A stretch of DNA of 64,000 nt from a virus: positions 23,878-87,877 of IMG/VR virus record IMGVR_UViG_3300032322_001295; one strand, written 5' to 3'. Positions 8,560 to 18,330 of the stretch are shown one piece after another (position 1 is the first letter of the stretch; the number at the start of each line of letters is the position of its first letter). The position numbers were made by a program, and so were the translations under genes. A model generated the notes under the pieces. It searched no databases, was not told where the DNA came from, and worked only from the letters and a program-made list of their open reading frames with translations.

Positions 8560-9468
8560 TTAAAATATTAAATTTGGAATAACTTGTTTAGATAATACTC
8601 CAGCATCGTGTAATAAAAGAAGCACCGTAAACAGTCCTCTTCTCGTAAATGATGGATAAGTTGTGTTTTTGTCTGCATCATGTATGTTGACTCCAAAACC
8701 ATATGCTACAAACTCTTTAGCAAGAAAGTAGTTGTTTTTGTAGTTTGCATCATTCATATCTTGTATAATGATGCCATGCTCTACCAAAACTTTCATTGTG
8801 TCTCGCAGTAATACTTTGTACTTATTGAACAAGAACTTATGAAAATCTAGCACATGGGTGTCTTTCTCAAAGTTCTCAACAATAGTTTTATTGTCTTCGC
8901 ACATAGCACGGTAGGTCTTTATAGTTAGTCCGTACTCTCTGTAAAATGAATCTTCTTCGACCTCAGTATGTATTCTTTCAAGCAGCTTAGATCTTCTGTT
9001 CTTTAACTCTTTATCTTCTTCGACATCTTTCTGCTTCTCAACATAAGTCTTAGGTACTATTACTGTTGTTTCTACAATATCTTTACGATATGCATTCTTT
9101 AGCATCGTAGTAAATATCTTTTCGAGATACAACTTCATGTCGTAGTTACACCAAGTGTACATCTGTGCAAGCCAAAGATGTGATACAACATAGTAGCACA
9201 TATCAGCTTTAGAGAATACACAGGCCATAGTAATGGTTCTGCCAATCTTATTGAGTTCTATATTTGTTTCCGCTATAAACTCATCTTTTGGCACCCAGTT
9301 ACAAGCAAGTATGTAAGAGCTACAAACAAGAGGACATTCGATGTACAAATGCCCTCCAATAAATTTGTGTCTGTATTGCTTTGTAAAGCTCCTAAGCATA
9401 GAATCTTTGACTATCTTAGGCTTTGGCTCTTTAATTACCTTTGGCTTTTCAGCAGGCTTTCTACCCAT
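8560..9468 (-). CDS. DNA-binding protein with an antirepressor (KilAC/ANT)-like C-terminus
   Basis: C-terminal ...FLAKEFVAYGFG...TYPSFTRRGLFTV resembles the KilAC 'T.VT.KG' pattern; Lys-rich N-terminus. Confidence 0.45.
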   Translation of the reverse strand: MGRKPAEKPKVIKEPKPKIVKDSMLRSFTKQYRHKFIGGHLYIECPLVCSSYILACNWVPKDEFIAETNIELNKIGRTITMACVFSKADMCYYVVSHLWLAQMYTWCNYDMKLYLEKIFTTMLKNAYRKDIVETTVIVPKTYVEKQKDVEEDKELKNRRSKLLERIHTEVEEDSFYREYGLTIKTYRAMCEDNKTIVENFEKDTHVLDFHKFLFNKYKVLLRDTMKVLVEHGIIIQDMNDANYKNNYFLAKEFVAYGFGVNIHDADKNTTYPSFTRRGLFTVLLLLHDAGVLSKQVIPNLIF

Positions 9469-10270
9469 GTTTGTGCTTAGCATGTTTTACAATATGCTCT
9501 CTTCTGATGTCATCTACAACAAAGTAATTAAATTTACCCAAAGTGTGAGTGTAAATATACTTGTTGTATAGTAGCGTAGCGCCATTCTTTTTCCAGTTGG
9601 CAAGTATACCATCCAAATGAGTAGCTATAATTGCACCATCGCCTCCATAGAGCATGGTTTGTATAGCTTCTTCAGTTGGATATTGAGCGTTAATGCGCTC
9701 TGGAACATCAACTGTAGGCTTAGGAAGTGTAACTACCTCAGTCTTTGGTGATATCTTTGGCGTTTCAATATCCATGCTGTGAATCTTGTCGGTATCTTCG
9801 CCAGTAGGCACCATAAAGATATTTAACAAGAAATACTTCATAGCGTAAGTCATAGCCTTACCCGGAGATTTATCTTGTGAGTCAATACCATGGCCCGATG
9901 ATTGGCCCTCAATGTGTGCACCTGATGTGTGATAAAGCCTAAAAGTAAACACAATATCAGAGAATATTTGTTGCTTTTGCTTTACAGCACCAGTTTTAGA
10001 ATACGGATCTAGCTCTTGCCAACGCTCATGCTTGGTTTCTTTCTGTATTTCAATAGGAACACAGATAAGACCATGAGTAATCATGCTTTTTCTTATTTCA
10101 TTTCTTACTTTTTCGTCTGAAATGCCCTTATAAGAACCAGAGCCAGTACCAACAGTGTCATCTTTCTGAAGATAGTTTACCTCAGACATTACATTGAGGA
10201 CTGCCTCAATCAGTTGTATTTCTGGTGTCTTTTCTTCTGATGATTGTTTCGAGATTTCTGTCTTCGCCAT
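9461..10270 (-). CDS. erf: ERF family single-strand annealing protein
   Basis: VMSEVNYLQKD...YKGIS...GHGIDSQDKSPGKAMTYAMKYFLLNIFMVPTGEDTD: ERF signature. Confidence 0.88.
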   Translation of the reverse strand: MAKTEISKQSSEEKTPEIQLIEAVLNVMSEVNYLQKDDTVGTGSGSYKGISDEKVRNEIRKSMITHGLICVPIEIQKETKHERWQELDPYSKTGAVKQKQQIFSDIVFTFRLYHTSGAHIEGQSSGHGIDSQDKSPGKAMTYAMKYFLLNIFMVPTGEDTDKIHSMDIETPKISPKTEVVTLPKPTVDVPERINAQYPTEEAIQTMLYGGDGAIIATHLDGILANWKKNGATLLYNKYIYTHTLGKFNYFVVDDIRREHIVKHAKHKHG

Positions 10271-10559
10271 ATCTTCTTGCGTAACTGATTGTAAAATATT
10301 TGATTTTAGAATTCTTCATTGCAGTAAATGACACTTCAACATTGTTCCTGATGCAATGAGATACAGACTTAAAGATATCATGCAGCATTACGCTACATAT
10401 ATTTTCCATGTCTTTGTCAGGTACAAGCATATCGTAGTTTAGGAAAAGTCTTTCAAACTTATCTTTGTGCTTAGCATACAAATACTTTCCGTATTCCCGT
10501 GCCGGCATTTCAGCATGATTAGACCTTGCCAGCCTACGGCGTATCATATCAAGTCCCAT
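10206..10559 (-). CDS. Hypothetical protein
   Basis: ORF track; operon packing. Confidence 0.65.
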   Translation of the reverse strand: MGLDMIRRRLARSNHAEMPAREYGKYLYAKHKDKFERLFLNYDMLVPDKDMENICSVMLHDIFKSVSHCIRNNVEVSFTAMKNSKIKYFTISYARRYGEDRNLETIIRRKDTRNTTD

Positions 10560-11419
10560 AGTGCTTTATAGAAACTTATTGGTTCGTTAACAAACATTTT
10601 CTTTATTTCGGCATGCTCAGGAGTGTATATCTTATTTGTAATTATGATATTTTCTTTGTCATTGATCCAAGATTCTAAATTCTTTTGAATGAAACCTTTT
10701 AACGACAAAATATATTCCTCAGGAGTATTACCATCTTTACATTCCCAAAGATACAAAAACCATTTTTTAATGATAAATAAAAATCCATTGTACTGTGCAT
10801 CATCACGTTCTTTGCCAGAACTATTTGTAGCTCCGTTTATACGTAATGCTGCATTGATCATAGTATCTTTAGTTGCCCATTTGTCGCCTTTCTCAAACCT
10901 GGACCACGCAAGCGCAAACAAACGAACTATTTCGCCTGGCTTTCTGTAATCTTTAGTAGGTTTAATGTTAAATAGCGTTTCAATGTCATCAACAAAGGTT
11001 TCTATTTTGTCCTGATCCCAATCAGAAAACTCAATAGTATTCTCATTGATTACAAGATAGGCATACTCATCATATTTGTAATGGTATTCACAATCTTTGG
11101 CTACCGGTATGTATTTTAGTCCGATGTATTGATAATAAATATCAACAATGCCCTCTATTTCTGATGTCCAGTATAGGTCTTTTGGACAGGTAACAAGTTT
11201 GTTTTTGATAAAATAATTGTACAGATTATTTTCTACAGTACCATAATTATTATCAAACTTTACATCAAACTTTTGGCAGATAGACATAACAACATCTTCT
11301 GTTTTATGTTCTGCTTTTTCATCTACAATAATTGACAAAAAGTAAAGGGCATTATATCTTTTTAGTGATAAATGCCCTTTTGTACAATTACTTGCGCTAT
11401 AAACAATACTATTCATCAA
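10544..11419 (-). CDS. Hypothetical protein
   Basis: 291-aa ORF in the operon. Confidence 0.8.
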   Translation of the reverse strand: MMNSIVYSASNCTKGHLSLKRYNALYFLSIIVDEKAEHKTEDVVMSICQKFDVKFDNNYGTVENNLYNYFIKNKLVTCPKDLYWTSEIEGIVDIYYQYIGLKYIPVAKDCEYHYKYDEYAYLVINENTIEFSDWDQDKIETFVDDIETLFNIKPTKDYRKPGEIVRLFALAWSRFEKGDKWATKDTMINAALRINGATNSSGKERDDAQYNGFLFIIKKWFLYLWECKDGNTPEEYILSLKGFIQKNLESWINDKENIIITNKIYTPEHAEIKKMFVNEPISFYKALWDLI

Positions 11420-12269
11420 GATTTGCTAGATTATAAGAGTTAATAATATGCCTCAACTCAGCTACATATCTGCTAGTAACGCCATCACTTGCTGGCCATG
11501 CACAAGCACTTGCATAAAGATAACCACCTTTATCAGCGAGTTTTTTGGAGTCCGACGCAAGCATACGATTATCACTACATCCACAGATAGCAGCAAGCCA
11601 GGCTTCTCTTTTGTTTGGAATATTTATCAGTCTTGGTGCATAAGTTTTATTTAGCAGCTGCACATGATTCCACATAGACCACCAACGAGATTCATACTTA
11701 CGAAAATGATAACTTATAGTCTTGCCATTTATATCTTTATCATAGGCTTTTACACTACCAGATATACCACGCGATGTTTCCGTTTTACCACCCATATGAC
11801 CAAATAAGTTATTGGCAACATTTGCTAGTCTACTGGTGCCGTAACCTGATTCAAGAATAGCTTGTGCTGCAATAATACTAGCAGGAATATTAAACTTAGC
11901 AGACAAATCTTTAGCATTCTTAGATATGTCATCTACAAATGCTTGTCTTTCTTTGCCTATTCTAGTTTTTAGTCTTGCAAGCTTTTCTTGATCGCCTTTT
12001 AAATGACTGCCTTGAAACTCACTACTTGACATATACCCACGCTTAGACCATCCATCTTCATCATATCCAACATCAGGATATAACTCATCGGCACCGGCAT
12101 GTATGTGCTTATGTTCAACAGGTTCTCTGCTAATCATTTTTCCATTGGAATGACTTCTTTCAGCTACGCTAGTCTTGTAATCTATTGCTTTTTCTGTTGG
12201 TTCTTCTACTATGCAGTAAGCTACAATAGTAACCACTAGCATAAATAAAGACACATTGAATGTTTTCAT
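11409..12269 (-). CDS. GH73/FlgJ-type glucosaminidase (peptidoglycan hydrolase) with an N-terminal membrane anchor
   Basis: PASIIAAQAILESGYGTSRLA...NNLFG...FRKYES motifs; hydrophobic N-terminus VSLFMLVVTIVAYCIV. Confidence 0.88.
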   Translation of the reverse strand: MKTFNVSLFMLVVTIVAYCIVEEPTEKAIDYKTSVAERSHSNGKMISREPVEHKHIHAGADELYPDVGYDEDGWSKRGYMSSSEFQGSHLKGDQEKLARLKTRIGKERQAFVDDISKNAKDLSAKFNIPASIIAAQAILESGYGTSRLANVANNLFGHMGGKTETSRGISGSVKAYDKDINGKTISYHFRKYESRWWSMWNHVQLLNKTYAPRLINIPNKREAWLAAICGCSDNRMLASDSKKLADKGGYLYASACAWPASDGVTSRYVAELRHIINSYNLANLDE

Positions 12270-12994
12270 AACTTTGCCATTAAAGCTGTTAAGGAATTGG
12301 AACTCTTCTCGCGTTCTTCAGCAAACACTGGTGAAGTTTCCTTTCTTACGGTATTCAAGCTATCTATACCGGCAACAAACATAGTATAGCGCTGTGTGCC
12401 GACAAGCTTTTTCATCTTACGTTTGCCTTCAGCACAGATAGCTAACCGCCATTTATCTGCTAGTTTTAGATCAGTAGCAACATATAGCAATCCTTTAGGA
12501 CTATCGTAACCTCTAATGCCATATATCACATCAAGTACATATTGAATATGGAATGACAGTTCTGGATAGTACAGTTCATTGTCTTCATCTTTAACAGATG
12601 GATAAAACATACAGCTAAGTATGTCAGATTCTTGCTGTGGCGTAATGAAAGCCATGTCCTGTATTTCTTTATTGTCAACGCTAAACAATGGTGCCTTGCC
12701 TGCTTCTATGATACTGTCAATACATAACCACATAGGAACAACAGTTTCTATTGGTTCGAAATAGATATCACATAGTGCTACTTTGAATACTGGGTCTGCA
12801 TACCTTACCTTAATAGTCCAAGGAGCGATAAGATACACCTTTTCTAAGAATAACATAGCTATAAGATTATCAAGCTCTTGAAATGTTCTTATACAATCAA
12901 AACCAAAAGAACGCAGCAAAGAGTTCCGCTCTACTGCGTCCAATGGTATGACGTTCTTGTCAGAAAGGAGTTTTAGTAACTCCCGTAACGACAT
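12266..12994 (-). CDS. Hypothetical protein
   Basis: 242-aa ORF. Confidence 0.75.
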   Translation of the reverse strand: MSLRELLKLLSDKNVIPLDAVERNSLLRSFGFDCIRTFQELDNLIAMLFLEKVYLIAPWTIKVRYADPVFKVALCDIYFEPIETVVPMWLCIDSIIEAGKAPLFSVDNKEIQDMAFITPQQESDILSCMFYPSVKDEDNELYYPELSFHIQYVLDVIYGIRGYDSPKGLLYVATDLKLADKWRLAICAEGKRKMKKLVGTQRYTMFVAGIDSLNTVRKETSPVFAEEREKSSNSLTALMAKL

Positions 12995-13793
12995 TGTGTG
13001 CTGACTTGATATGTTCTATGATGCTGCTATAAGTTGACAAAGCCTGCTGCGCTTCCTTGTGATGCTTAACATCTTGGTAAAGCTTATGCGGTATGTCTTT
13101 CAGCGTATCTTTGTATATTTCGAAATACCAGTTAAGTGGATCGAAATAACGTATCTGCTTATGCTCACGCATCTTGAAGAAGTTATCTATATTTGGCACC
13201 AAGTGTGCTTTCTTAGACTTCAATAGTTCAAGCTTCTTTCCTTCGAAGTTCAGTTGCATATCCATAGTATACATCAACCTGTTACGGATAAGCTGAATGT
13301 TATTCTGTGTCTGATCTGACATCTTATACAACAAGTTTACTGCTAGCTTAAGCACACCAAGTGTTACCGGCTTAGTTGCTACTTTCTCATAGTAGTTCTC
13401 TAGTTGCATAGCCATACGAAAGCATTTGCCTGATGTGTTGCCCATACGAGCGATAAGCTCAAACGTAGGTAGAAAGTTCATTTCTTTCAGTTGCTGCTCC
13501 TGGCCCGAAATACTAAGTACATTTTCAGCATCATCTGTATCTAATAGATGACTTGCAGTATGTGCTGTATGCTCTGACTGTGAATAGTATATTGGATCTA
13601 CACCAACAAGAGAGTTTTCCCAAGTAAGCATCTCTTCTGGTTGTAGGCTGATATACGTTTCTAATAGTCTTGCAGCGTTGTCAGTCTGAAATCCAATAAG
13701 ATTCTGACTGATAGAGAAGTGATCACCGCGCTCGGTATCACCCATAAACGATGCAAGGACTTCAGCTATTCTTTTTTGTTCCTGCTTTTTCAT
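12960..13793 (-). CDS. Hypothetical protein
   Basis: 277-aa ORF with an ATGA overlap. Confidence 0.8.
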   Translation of the reverse strand: MKKQEQKRIAEVLASFMGDTERGDHFSISQNLIGFQTDNAARLLETYISLQPEEMLTWENSLVGVDPIYYSQSEHTAHTASHLLDTDDAENVLSISGQEQQLKEMNFLPTFELIARMGNTSGKCFRMAMQLENYYEKVATKPVTLGVLKLAVNLLYKMSDQTQNNIQLIRNRLMYTMDMQLNFEGKKLELLKSKKAHLVPNIDNFFKMREHKQIRYFDPLNWYFEIYKDTLKDIPHKLYQDVKHHKEAQQALSTYSSIIEHIKSAHNVVTGVTKTPF

Positions 13794-14269
13794 GATATTC
13801 TTAAACTTATGTTTTCAACAATTGATGCACCAGGTATATCTTGACCATCAAGAATGGCATTCCTAATATCAGTTTTACTTGGCTCACGTTTAAACCGGCA
13901 ATAAATGTCAGGTATGAGTGAATCATCACTGATTTCTACTGCTTTACTTTTAGTAGTTGCAATCTTTACAAGAGCTGTTTTAACAGGACCAAACGCAATA
14001 ACATTCTGCAACATACGATCTTTAAGCACTTCAACTGATTTATCATATTGCTGTGCCTTTTTAAGTAATCTATGAGCTTCTTCGCGCAATAGTTCTGACT
14101 GTGCTTTGAGACTTTTTACAACGAACGAATAGTCTTGTAATTTTTTGTCTCTTTCTTGTTCAGCTATTTCAAGCTGTTCTAGTAAAAAATCTGGAATTTC
14201 TCCACCGTTGTCCTCTATGGATGTTTGGATAAGAAATAACTCCTGACTGATTTCAAATAGATTTGCCAT
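13790..14269 (-). CDS. Siphovirus Gp157 family protein
   Basis: Start at 14269 (MANLFEIS); coiled coil followed by KAVEISDDSLIPDIY...EPSKTDIRNAILDGQDIPGASIVENISLRI, typical of Gp157. Confidence 0.85.
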   Translation of the reverse strand: MANLFEISQELFLIQTSIEDNGGEIPDFLLEQLEIAEQERDKKLQDYSFVVKSLKAQSELLREEAHRLLKKAQQYDKSVEVLKDRMLQNVIAFGPVKTALVKIATTKSKAVEISDDSLIPDIYCRFKREPSKTDIRNAILDGQDIPGASIVENISLRIS

Positions 14270-14610
14270 TAAAATACGTTGTTTTCGATAATTACTGAAT
14301 TGATTAGTTCTGGGTTCAATGTAAACATATGACCATCTGATGTTAATACATACCAATCATCTTTAAAGCCTTGAACTATTTTACCTTGATTGCCATTGTA
14401 AGTAACTATGTCACCATCACGATATCTGTATGGCACACCATAAACAATAGCATCTTGCTTTAGCCAAACATTTTTGTCATTTTCGCTTGAATATAACCAG
14501 AGATCACCATCGGTATCCATTTTAAGGCTTTTGATATCAAAAGCTAAGAATACTTGATCACCTTCTCTGTAGTTTCTTTCGGACAACTCCGATGCTTTAA
14601 ACTTTTCCAT
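14269..14610 (-). CDS. Hypothetical protein (tandem SH3/KOW-like beta repeats)
   Basis: YREGDQV and YRDGDIV repeats. Confidence 0.65.
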   Translation of the reverse strand: MEKFKASELSERNYREGDQVFLAFDIKSLKMDTDGDLWLYSSENDKNVWLKQDAIVYGVPYRYRDGDIVTYNGNQGKIVQGFKDDWYVLTSDGHMFTLNPELINSVIIENNVF

Positions 14611-14627
14611 AATTGAATGTTGTTAAT

Positions 14628-14662
14628 AAAAATGCCTGCAAACTCGTTAGATCTACAGGCAT
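14628..14662 (-). terminator. Intrinsic terminator
   Basis: ATGCCTGTAGA...TTTGCAGGCAT stem followed by a T-tract on the minus strand. Confidence 0.6.
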
Positions 14663-14677
14663 AGGTTATAAAATAAT

Positions 14678-15166
14678 TTAATTCTTGCTAATACAATCAA
14701 AAGTATTCATTAACTTTGTAGCAATCTCATCGCTTAGATCTTCTTGAACATAACCACTGCTTGTATAAACACGCATGGTCTTTATCTTTTTAGTTCTAAA
14801 CTGAATAAGATTGTATTCATTGCCAAAGTTACCACCAAAGTAAATAACAAAGCTACCTTTGCAGTTAAAGTCATTGACGTTAGTCATAGTAAGTCTTGTG
14901 TCATCATCAAACAATACCTGTAGTTTAGCATTTTTCTCAATGCATTTGCTTGGACCACCTACAACATCAATACTCCAGATAAGAATACTTGGCTTAAGAA
15001 AGTCTATAACAAATCCTTTATCACCGGATGCCGATATAGCAATACGTTTTTTGATAGTCTTTGTAGATTTGTCTTCCATCTTATCGTAATGTACATCAAG
15101 CATATCACAATCTTGAGCGAATAATGATGCCGACAAAAGCATAAGAATGCTAATCAATACTTTCAT
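14678..15166 (-). CDS. Secreted protein with a Sec signal peptide
   Basis: Start at 15166: MKVLISILMLLSASLFA-QDCD, a Bacteroidota-style signal peptide with Gln at +1. Confidence 0.75.
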   Translation of the reverse strand: MKVLISILMLLSASLFAQDCDMLDVHYDKMEDKSTKTIKKRIAISASGDKGFVIDFLKPSILIWSIDVVGGPSKCIEKNAKLQVLFDDDTRLTMTNVNDFNCKGSFVIYFGGNFGNEYNLIQFRTKKIKTMRVYTSSGYVQEDLSDEIATKLMNTFDCISKN

Positions 15167-15380
15167 TGTTACGGTTTTTAATATGTTCTTCAATAAGTTC
15201 CTTGATAGATCCATAAGCAAGCTCCCACTCATGCGTGGGAGATGCGCCTTCATCTATCTCATCTATTGCAAGCGTTACGAAATCTAGTATATCATGTTTT
15301 AGTGCAGGATATTCAGATATCATTTGCATTGCATAGTCGTTTACAATTTTTCTGTTCATTTGTACCCAATCATTGCGCAT
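15150..15380 (-). CDS. Hypothetical protein
   Basis: ORF track. Confidence 0.65.
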   Translation of the reverse strand: MRNDWVQMNRKIVNDYAMQMISEYPALKHDILDFVTLAIDEIDEGASPTHEWELAYGSIKELIEEHIKNRNNESID

Positions 15381-15955
15381 AGAGGTCCCAAAATATCTGC
15401 TACAAGCATAACTGCTTTAGCTTTGGGTCTAGCGTTGTCATTTAATCCATTTAACCCTTTGTTTAATGAAGGATACGATGGCATAATGGTATTCCATTTT
15501 CCTAATATGCAACTACTACTAATAGCATTGCATTCTTCCTGAATGTTATCAGTTTTCAATGTACCTGTTCTGTCTACAACATTATATGCTTTGGTCATAG
15601 CAGCACTAAGCTCTTTACCATTACGCTTATAACTATGCGCTATAGTCATAACAGCGCTCATATTCTTTTTACTTATAGGTTCATATCTCTTACGCGCTAG
15701 CTCTACAAACAATGCAGAGATGTAATGAGATAAATAGCTGAATCCAAACTGCTTTCCCTGGTACTCATAGTCCCATTTGTAATGAAAGAAGTTTCTATGC
15801 TTTGCTTGCAAGCCGGCAAACTTACGGACAATAGCAGAGCATGCATCAACAATAACTTGCTTTTCTTCTTTAGTAGCCAGCTCACCTTCAAAGATTTCTT
15901 TAGCCTCAATAAGTTGAGCTGAAAACTTATCGATTGTTTCTTGAATATCGTTCAC
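15356..15955 (-). CDS. Hypothetical protein
   Basis: 199-aa ORF with a GTG start after an AT-rich leader. Confidence 0.75.
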   Translation of the reverse strand: MNDIQETIDKFSAQLIEAKEIFEGELATKEEKQVIVDACSAIVRKFAGLQAKHRNFFHYKWDYEYQGKQFGFSYLSHYISALFVELARKRYEPISKKNMSAVMTIAHSYKRNGKELSAAMTKAYNVVDRTGTLKTDNIQEECNAISSSCILGKWNTIMPSYPSLNKGLNGLNDNARPKAKAVMLVADILGPLCAMIGYK

Positions 15956-15979
15956 GATTTATAATTTTAATAATAAAAT

Positions 15980-16005
15980 AAAAAGGGCAGCTATTACAGC
16001 TGCCC
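15980..16005 (-). terminator. Intrinsic terminator
   Basis: GGGCAGCT-N5-AGCTGCCC stem followed by a T-tract. Confidence 0.75.
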
Positions 16006-16036
16006 CAACACACTATAAACACAAATAAACACTAGT

Positions 16037-16519
16037 CTAATCTTCAATCTCGTAATGGTGTACACGCTGGTACTCATCATCACGCATAACTTTTACATTA
16101 TTATTGCCTTGTAACTGTGCAACAGCGCATTCGTATGGTATAATATACCCATACTTATTAAAGTACACAGGCTTATTAACTAAGTCTTCACCAGATGTAT
16201 ATTTGTATCCGGTAAACTCTATTGTTTCTACATAAGCTTGTATAAAAGATGATAAATCTCTTAAAACTATTTCAGGCTTTATGTCGCTAAACACTGCAAG
16301 ACATTCAACTAAGTCTTTACTCTTAGCTAATGCTTCAAGATTATGGTATGCAATGATAGTGTCATACTGTCCTAGATCTTCTTCAGGAACAGCAATAGAT
16401 ACATGTACTTCCATAAGATTGTTATCACGCTGTCCAAATAAAGTACAAGCGTTCATTAGTAATACGATAACCGCAACAATCACAGCGTTTACCATATAGT
16501 TGTCATAATTATTTTTCAT
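16037..16519 (-). CDS. Exported or membrane-anchored protein (possible lipoprotein)
   Basis: Hydrophobic segment VIVAVIVLLMNAC near the N-terminus. Confidence 0.6.
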   Translation of the reverse strand: MKNNYDNYMVNAVIVAVIVLLMNACTLFGQRDNNLMEVHVSIAVPEEDLGQYDTIIAYHNLEALAKSKDLVECLAVFSDIKPEIVLRDLSSFIQAYVETIEFTGYKYTSGEDLVNKPVYFNKYGYIIPYECAVAQLQGNNNVKVMRDDEYQRVHHYEIED

Positions 16520-16520
16520 G

Positions 16521-16862
16521 TTAGATAAATGTTTTAAATGAAATAAGATTTTTTATCTCTTCAATACTACTCACTGCATCAGCATCGCCGCCATCATCGT
16601 CTTTGTTACTGCCGATGATAAGAGCATTGCCAATCAGCTGTTGTGCGCCCCAACTATTTCCTGGTACGTTTATAATAAAACCATTTCTATTTGTTGTAAA
16701 AATAGCTTCATCATCTACATACATGTAGTCGCCATTGTCAAAAGAATAACCTCCAGTTATGATATCACAACCTATAAGACTGCGAATCTCCCTAAAGTCA
16801 TTGCCTGTAATCCTGGCTTCAAATATTTCTTTTTTATCGCTATCAATAAATATGGCTCTCAT
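16521..16862 (-). CDS. DUF3846-like protein
   Basis: MRAIFID...IRSLIGCD...GDYMYVDDEA...LIGNALIIG pattern; start at 16862. Confidence 0.7.
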   Translation of the reverse strand: MRAIFIDSDKKEIFEARITGNDFREIRSLIGCDIITGGYSFDNGDYMYVDDEAIFTTNRNGFIINVPGNSWGAQQLIGNALIIGSNKDDDGGDADAVSSIEEIKNLISFKTFI

Positions 16863-16864
16863 AA

Positions 16865-17062
16865 TTAGTCTTCTTTGTATACATGAGACACACAAAAACA
16901 CAGTGTCATCATGATAAGTAAACTAATAAATACCAACACTTTGGTTATAAAAGTTTGGTATACAGCTGTCTCTTGTAAATGGTAGGCAAACAAAAATGCC
17001 ATATTACCAAAGAACAGACCCATTGCAGTCATAAATATTTTTACTATTAGCGCTGTTTTCAT
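16865..17062 (-). CDS. Small membrane protein with two TM helices
   Basis: Two hydrophobic stretches. Confidence 0.6.
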   Translation of the reverse strand: MKTALIVKIFMTAMGLFFGNMAFLFAYHLQETAVYQTFITKVLVFISLLIMMTLCFCVSHVYKED

Positions 17063-17680
17063 TTATCTATTTATTAAATAATGTTTGAATAATTTTTCCA
17101 TCACATCATGCTTGTTTTTAAAGGTCATCATATATGTACCTCTGGAGTAGCTTAAATCATCTATACTGTATGTCAACTCATCGTTGTGAACATCACTCCA
17201 ATGATTTGGAATAGAAGCCTCACAACAAATAAAATTAGACAATGTGTGTTTCTTAACAACTAAGTTAAAGCTAAACGTATGTTCATATATGTTATCAACA
17301 GTAAAATGTGATACATTAACAAACTTGCTTACTTTAAACCTAATGTCAATCTTTTCAGTGCTACCATCAAAAGATTTAGTGTGACCTCTTTCTATTGGTT
17401 TAGCTGTACATAGAAAACCTGGACAATTAAATACACTTTCTCTGTTATCTCTATATAACTCTTCAAGTGAATAAAAAGATACAAGTATTTCTTTTCTGTA
17501 TAAGTCAAACATATGCTCCATAATTTTGATAGCAAATGATTTAGTTAAGTCATAATTAAAATCACCTTTGTCGGTGCCTTCTTCATAACCAAACTGCTCT
17601 TTTGCTAGCATCTCAGCATATCCTTTCTTGTTGTTATCATGAGAAAACATGAGTTCAACAATCATACTAATGTCTAACAT
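17063..17680 (-). CDS. Hypothetical early protein
   Basis: 205-aa ORF. Confidence 0.75.
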   Translation of the reverse strand: MLDISMIVELMFSHDNNKKGYAEMLAKEQFGYEEGTDKGDFNYDLTKSFAIKIMEHMFDLYRKEILVSFYSLEELYRDNRESVFNCPGFLCTAKPIERGHTKSFDGSTEKIDIRFKVSKFVNVSHFTVDNIYEHTFSFNLVVKKHTLSNFICCEASIPNHWSDVHNDELTYSIDDLSYSRGTYMMTFKNKHDVMEKLFKHYLINR

Positions 17681-18216
17681 ATAGTTTGTTTTAAAAATAA
17701 AATAATATTATTTACAAAAGTATCGCCAGTAACTGATGTCGTTATATCTCCATCCTGGATTTCATAACGACATTCTGATAAGTTTAAATCAGACCTGTAT
17801 ACGTCATAGCTCCTTACTATATCTAGTGAAAGTAATAACCTGTAAGATGAGTTAAACCAGATGGTAAGTACAACTGACATACGCTCATGTATTATCATTC
17901 TACTTCCACTGTCAAAATCTGTACAGTAATTATATTCATCAACAATATCGTAATGAATATTGCCACAAACAAAATGCTTTCTATCACCTTCAAAGTATCC
18001 AAGGCTATACTGATCATCACAGGATATATCTGAACACTTGATTGCATGTAATACTAAAGCTTCTGCTATGCAACTAATGTATAGTTCAATAGCACTATCT
18101 CTTGTATCAGCATCTGCATCATCTATGATAGATTTCAGTAACAACAAAGATAGCTCCACATCATCAGCCAAGAATAATGTAGAGCATCTCTTTATCATAT
18201 CATTTAGTTCTTGCAT
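17674..18216 (-). CDS. Hypothetical early protein
   Basis: The ORF track extends to 18327, but that upstream part is hairpin-rich; the ATG at 18216 (MQELNDM) is preferred. Confidence 0.65.
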   Translation of the reverse strand: MQELNDMIKRCSTLFLADDVELSLLLLKSIIDDADADTRDSAIELYISCIAEALVLHAIKCSDISCDDQYSLGYFEGDRKHFVCGNIHYDIVDEYNYCTDFDSGSRMIIHERMSVVLTIWFNSSYRLLLSLDIVRSYDVYRSDLNLSECRYEIQDGDITTSVTGDTFVNNIILFLKQTIC

Positions 18217-18288
18217 GCCGGACCAATGCATGCGAAGAACCCAAGAACAAAACCTACTAATGTAGGCAAGTGGGCCCAGTAATAATAA

Positions 18289-18324
18289 AGGAATACTGAC
18301 AACCCAATGGTCATCAGTATCCCC
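18289..18324 (-). terminator. Long hairpin or terminator
   Basis: GGGGATACTGATGACC-ATTG-GGTTGTCAGTATTCCT followed by TTATTATT. Confidence 0.55.
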
Positions 18325-18330
18325 CAATTG

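Noticed and set aside
18289-18324. CTGATGA as a hammerhead ribozyme core
   Set aside because: It is buried in a continuous hairpin, and there is no downstream GAAA or three-way junction.
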